Positions 45,901 through 51,160 of a stretch of DNA of 51,160 nt are shown one piece after another. Source of the DNA: Histomonas meleagridis 2922-C6/04-290x (Eukaryota > Protista > Parabasalia); contig JAANOX010000054.1 of the NCBI GenBank assembly GCA_020184695.1, positions 1 to 51,160 of the forward strand, in the 5' to 3' direction. A program made the translations under genes and the position numbers. The notes beneath the pieces were generated by a model. That model saw nothing but the letters and a program-made list of their open reading frames with translations, made no database searches and was not told where the DNA came from. Positions within the stretch are counted from its first letter, which is position 1. Each line of letters starts with the position of its first letter.

Positions 45901-47258
45901 TATCTATTTCTTCTTTAGCCAATGCTGTATTTACAAACAAAGTTTATTCAGTTAATCAAAATTTATTTCAAGTAGGTGGTCACGTTAGACACTTTTTATC
46001 AAGAGCAGTTTATGGAGGTCGATGTATGACTGCTTATAACAAGAAGTGGCACGTCAAAGAAGAATTATGCGATTTTGACGCTGTATCTTTATATCCCTCC
46101 GCTATGGCTAGAATAAGTGTTATTAACGGTCCACCAAAAGTTATTCAAGACGACCAATTAAATCTTAATTACTTAAATGCACATTCTAATGCATATGTCG
46201 TCGAAATTCTAATTACAAAAGTTAACAAACATTATCCCTTCCCTCTTATAGTACAAAAAATTAATGGATTAAATTTAAATGACGACAACAACATTAGTGA
46301 AGAAAATCCCGTCACGATGGTCGTCGATAATATAGCCTTGGAAGACCTCATAGTTTATCAAAATATTCAATTCAAACTAGTACGAGGCTATTATTGGGAT
46401 GAGGGTTATGATCCCACGATTCAACGTGTTATCCAAGAAATATTCCAAAAACGGGTGGAATATAAACGACAAAATAACCCTCTCCAACAAATATATAAGT
46501 TAATTATGAATAGCTGCTACGGCAAAACGATAGAAAAGCCTATCAACAAAGAGTGGAAGTATCTTAAGAAAGGCGATAGAGCCGATAACTATGCAGCTAA
46601 AAATTACTTCCGTATAATAGAACGCATAAAAATTGAAGATTCTGATATAGAATCCTTCAATATAAAGAGGCCTATAGATAAGCATTTTAACTTATCATTG
46701 TTAGGCGTACAAGTATTAAGCATGTCGAAACGTATCATGAACGAAGTGATGTGCTTAGCATATGACATTGGCTGTAAAATCTTTTATCAAGATACAGACT
46801 CAATGCATATAGTAAAATCGGATTTACCTAAATTAGAAGCAGCCTTCGAGGCTAGATATAATAGAAAATTAATCGGCAATAATTTAGGGCAATTCCATTC
46901 CGATTTTACAAGTGACGATGGAAGAAGCGATGTCAACTGCGCAGTTGAAAGCTACTTCATAATGAAGAAAACCTATATTGATAAACTATCATATAATGAT
47001 GGTGGTATAGGTTATATGTCTAGGGCAAAAGGTATACCTACCGATACTAGATATATTCATGCTGATCTTGATTATGATGGTAATATAATGGAATTGTATC
47101 GTTCTTTATACAAAGGTAATGAAATCGAATTTAATTTATTATTAGGTACAACTAAATTTAAATTAAATTCTAATCAAACTATTACTAATGTCGAAAAGTT
47201 CCCGAGAACGTTAAAGACCATATATGAAAAGGGAGACGTTAATACTTATTTCCAATAA
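42974..47258 (+). CDS. polB: Protein-primed family B DNA polymerase, interrupted by one frameshift
   Basis: Exo I YADFET, Exo II FHNLAYD, Exo III YCRQDV; polymerase GGRC, DFDAVSLYPSAM, KLIMNSCYGK, YQDTDS, KKTY and RAKG. The two ORFs join if one T is removed from the T5 run at 45862-45866. Confidence 0.92.
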
Positions 47259-48009
47259 ACGTTCTCACTCATTGAATTTTTTTTAATTGAGAGTACAGTT
47301 CTATCGTCATTCAAAAAGTGAAAAGTGCCAAAATGCTTAACGGTTTTTGAGCGTAACTTTGAAAATGAATGGTTTATATTTTATATCTCTCAAAGTCGGG
47401 CCATGTAAGATTATATCAAAATTGTGATACATTCAATTGACTTCACTGAATAATATGCAAACTAATAATAATTGCATGTGTGTGAATGAGGGTGAACGAA
47501 AGTCTTCAGCAAATCAACCATAATATCTGAGAATAACATAAGTCCAGTTTGTGTTTTTGGTAACGTGGCACAATGGGATAATTTGGACATAGTGCCCCCC
47601 GGTGGAAGCCAAAGCAGTACTGTTGAAAGTGGAAACAAAATATTTTACCTCGTTAAAGCATATATTACTAGTTATGAGAAGAAAGTAAAAAAGTATTCAG
47701 CATAATGAAGGCTAGAGTTCTGTTTAGGTTTCGACTATGTCTTCAAACTAATGAGCAAAGATAGACGAGTCGAAAAGTTTCCTGAAGTACCCTATGAAGA
47801 ATTGAGGCAATGCTTCATTGATTCTGATCAAGAAGAATTAATGTCTCGTCCGAAATGTCCCCAAGACCGAAAGACGATGAAGAAATAACTAGGGGACGTC
47901 CGCCACTATCACGCAAATGCCCTAAAAAGGAATGAGCTAGGAAAGCTCCTCAGTCATTAATAAAAAAATGACTTAACCAATTTTTTTATTATTAATAATT
48001 ATTTCCATT

Positions 48010-48400
48010 TTAAGTGTTTTCTTCTTGAGTTTGTTGTTGCTGAGCTAATGTATTAGCATATTGTTGCAATACATTTAATTTACCTAAGTAAGCATTATAT
48101 TTATTTAAATCATTATTAAATATTTGATTTAACAATTCCATTTTAGATATTTGATAAGCTTGATCCAATTGTTCAGGCGTTATATTTTGTAAAGGATTCT
48201 TTATAGTAGGATGATATTTTTTTTCTATAAATTTATAAATTTGTTTTTCTTAATAAATTATGATATTTATTATACACAGTTACAGTTACTGTTATTACAT
48301 TTTTTTATTTTTTTAACGATAGAAAAGGAAGGTTTAATATTTATAGCACTAAAATCACAATCTTTAAATTCTTGTGCAAAGCATGTATAAAGAGCTTCCA
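48010..48400 (-). pseudogene. Paralog of the small ORF 16484-16777, longer, frameshifted
   Basis: Reads MEALYTCFAQEFKDCDFSAINIKP... and extends to QQQTQEENT*. Confidence 0.65.
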
Positions 48401-48450
48401 TTAAAAAATAATGAAGTGACAAAATGCTTTTTATGAAATTATTTTATTTT

Positions 48451-49259
48451 ATGGAAAACGATATTAATATTGATGCATTAGATAATATGATTGATTATTG
48501 TTTATATAAAAATAAACCTAAATTAAATGAAGAATTAATAAGTGAAATTCATCCAGAAGTGAATGTACCTTATAATTCTTTAAATATAGCAGTAGGTAGA
48601 CAAAGAAGTGGGAAAAACTCAATGTATAATTAGAGAAATTATTAAAATTAGTAATATTAGTCCTAGAACTCATTTATTAATTTATATTAATAAAAATGGA
48701 TTAGAAAATGATCCTACATTTGAATCATTAAAACCTTTAATTAAAATCCCAATTTTATATGTAGCTGAAAATCAAGCTGAAGATATAGTTAAAGATATAT
48801 TAAAATGGAAACAATTTTAATAATGAAATTAAAAAAAATAATCATTGGGAAAAATAAAATAGTAGATAATCAAATATCTGAATTATTTGAAAAAAATTAT
48901 ATATTAATAATTTTAATAATTTAACTTTACATACTATAATATTTTTTTAAGATTTTGCTAATAGTCCTTTATTTAAAAAACCTACTAATTATTTTAATCA
49001 ATTATTTACTAAATTAGCTCATATTCAATGTTCTGTATTTTTCGCTGTACAATTTTGGAAATCTTTACCTGCTGAAGTTGAAGCTAATGTAAGTACTATA
49101 TTTATATTTCCTAATTTCTCTAAGCAACAATTAAGTTAAATGTTAGCTCAAATACCATTGTCTTATATCAAAGATCAAATTTATTCAGTTTATCAAAAAT
49201 TAACTGGTCATCAAAAAATGATTATTGACGTTAATAAACAAAATATAAAAATTGAATAA
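48451..49259 (+). pseudogene. DNA packaging ATPase, full-length but frameshifted
   Basis: GRQRSGK Walker A, TIIFF.DFAN Walker B region, CSVFFAVQFWKSLP and STIFIF motifs of A32-like ATPases. Confidence 0.8.
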
Positions 49260-49289
49260 ATTTTTTTTTTTTTAAATCATCATTATCTA

Positions 49290-50084
49290 AGAAGATTCAG
49301 TGATTTTCCTGATTTTATTATTCATTTAAACCCAGAGAAGAAATTTAAATTCAATAATATTATATCAATTTGTTTTTCATTTGGTCAAGTTGTCCATCAT
49401 ATTGATGTAATTTCATCTCCTCATTTAGAAGGAGAATTTATTGCTTGCTTACGAAGAGAAGGAACTGGGTTTTTAGCTTTAAATATGCCTTCATCCATTC
49501 TCACAGATGAAGAAAAACATCAATATCTCGAGATATTGAAAATAATTCAATGCCATCATGATTACATTAGCAGGATTGATTATCAACAATAACCACATAG
49601 TGAATCAGTTACAGGAGTAATATTTAATGATCGACAATATATTATTGATGCATTAACTAATCTAATCTAGGAAAATCGGGATCAAAATCAAACAAGGTAA
49701 TGAATCAAATTATATTTATGTAAACTTAGAAAAGGCTCTAGGTTTATGATGTTTCCAATGTTATTTCCTGATGGTTTTGTCCCAATTATTCCTGATGCAT
49801 CTTTAAGGAAACAAGCACGTTTTTTATTATCTTCACACCCTTCATTAAGATGTGGCAAACTTGGTAGTTTTTTATTATCATATTTATACAATATTGTTTT
49901 ATTTAGTGTAACGCAATTTTATAATAGGAATATTATTACGCAACGTATTCAAATGCCAAAAATTGAACGTAACTTTACTGAAATGATTGCAAGGCCAGAT
50001 GATCATCCAGCTTTTCCAGCATATTGGTTACGTAAACAAAATGAATTAAATGCAATGATTGAAGTTTATGGTGTACCAGATTAA
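49290..50084 (+). pseudogene. Degraded coding sequence of unknown family
   Basis: One frame stays mostly open from about 49290 into ORF 49746-50084, with a few stops. Confidence 0.3.
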
Positions 50085-50479
50085 ATGCTAACTCTTACTT
50101 TTAACACAAATATTTGTGTTATCAACGAGTAAATAAATAATTTTATATGAGATTCATCAAAAAGTGTACTTTGTACTGAATTTTTAATTCTTTTCACTTT
50201 TTGATTAAACTCATATAATCATTGGTATTAAATAATTCATAAGTTTATTTTGTCACTTTCTTGTTGTGTATATGAGGGGGTGCCCCATTGTATCGTTACC
50301 ACTTTTTCAATGATTTATTTTTAAAAACAAGAAGAACTCAAGTAACAACGATCCGATAAATGGCATTGATATCCAGACATTTTGTCAATCAATCCATGAC
50401 AATGGAGTCGAAGATACACGTACGTGATGATCGGTCTAGCTTCCTGAAGATGTCTTAAATGGTATATTACTAATAAAAC

Positions 50480-51160
50480 TTCACCTGAATGTAACCTTGA
50501 ACCGGAAGAATTTATTAATGAATATGGTAAAAATTGGAATCAAGAAAAAGTTTTAAATAATTCAGATGAATTTAATATTTCTAAAATTTTAACTAACAAA
50601 GATAATGAATTTTTAATTAATGAATTATTTGATGAAAATCTTATCAAAGAAGCTATTAAATCAAGATCTAATTTATCTGCTCATGGACCAGATGGAATTT
50701 CAAATTTTATATGGAAACTTGGTAATGATTATACTGTTAAAATGTTAAAAATTACTTCAGATATAGTTATTAAATCTCATAAATGTCCTGAAATGTTAAA
50801 ATTAGGTAAAACTATTATGCTTTATAAAAAAGGTGATCCAAATGTTCCACATTTATGGAGACCCATAACAATAGCTCCAAGTATTTATAGAATTTGGATG
50901 GTTATTTTATCTAAAGCTTTTCATAGATTAAATAATATTCATCCTTACATTTCAAGAAATCAAAAATGTTTTATGCAACATCCTAATGGTACTACTGAAC
51001 ATATTAATTTAATAAACGAATGAATTCAACATGTTTATAGAAAAGAAGGTTCAACAATATATTTAACTACTATTGACTTTTCAGATGCTCTTGGTTCAAT
51101 CCCTCATGATCAAATTTTTAAAGTTTTAGATCAATTAGGTTTTGATAATAAAATAATTTA
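50480..51160 (+). pseudogene. Non-LTR retrotransposon, 5'-truncated copy 3; continues beyond the window end
   Basis: WYITNKTSPECNLEPEEF...SRSNLSAHGPDGISNFIWKLG...LYKKGDPNVPHLWRPITI...IDFSDALGSIPHD; collinear with bases 1-430 of copy 1. Confidence 0.9.

Larger units (their letters stand above)
33192..49259. mobile_element. Maverick/Polinton-like endogenous virus remnant B (left terminus present, right end not seen)
   Basis: Begins AGTACGTATATAATGCGGTCGGGA plus a GC hairpin. Contains fibre, integrase, pVI-like, capsid, PolB and ATPase genes and a nested mariner. Confidence 0.8.

Noticed and set aside
50268-50300. Right terminus of Maverick B
   Set aside because: GTGTATATGAGGGGGTGCCCC only loosely resembles the terminal motif, has the wrong orientation and lacks the expected AAAATA target duplication.
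25667-51023. UGA reassigned to Trp (TGA at expected W in both mariners at 25667 and 42716, plus TGA in the capsid and RT genes)
   Set aside because: The intact importin gene and the long PolB frames use TGG for Trp and contain no internal TGA, and the importin ends in TGA. TGG-to-TGA is an ordinary transition in decaying elements.
1-51160. Introns as the explanation for frameshifts
   Set aside because: No trichomonad-type GT...ACTAAC..CAG intron signatures were seen at the breaks; most are 1-2 bp indels.

Overview
Very AT-rich eukaryotic nuclear DNA, most likely from a trichomonad/parabasalid (inferred from TCAYT initiator-like motifs just upstream of short-UTR, apparently intronless ORFs and from the Maverick-type gene content). 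The window is a nested graveyard of mobile elements around one intact host gene, a karyopherin-beta/importin HEAT-repeat protein (11822-14908), and one tRNA-Asn(GTT) gene. Remnants of at least three Maverick/Polinton-like endogenous viruses (about 5139-7200, 15025-21775 and 33192-49259, plus a lone terminus at 22980) together encode protein-primed PolB, retroviral-type integrase, packaging ATPase, a probable major capsid protein (three copies), a candidate minor capsid protein, a phage-like fibre, adenovirus-pVI-like amphipathic peptides and chromodomain ORFs. Also present are three pieces of a zinc-finger/RT non-LTR retrotransposon, two mariner elements, a pogo-like element, two Mutator-like relics, a PIF1 helicase relic, an actin-like pseudogene, two transposon-disrupted type I membrane protein genes and a 650-bp heptamer satellite. 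The strongest leads are: a retrotransposon ORF starting 16 nt behind a tRNA-Asn gene; a capsid/pVI-like gene pair sharing a 34-bp palindromic bidirectional promoter, with the pVI-like partner swapped between copies; an in-frame TGA shared by all three capsid copies; a vOTU-like Cys/His module inside PolB; and AGTA-type termini followed by long GC-rich cruciforms. Family assignments come from motif recognition only; no database searches were run.
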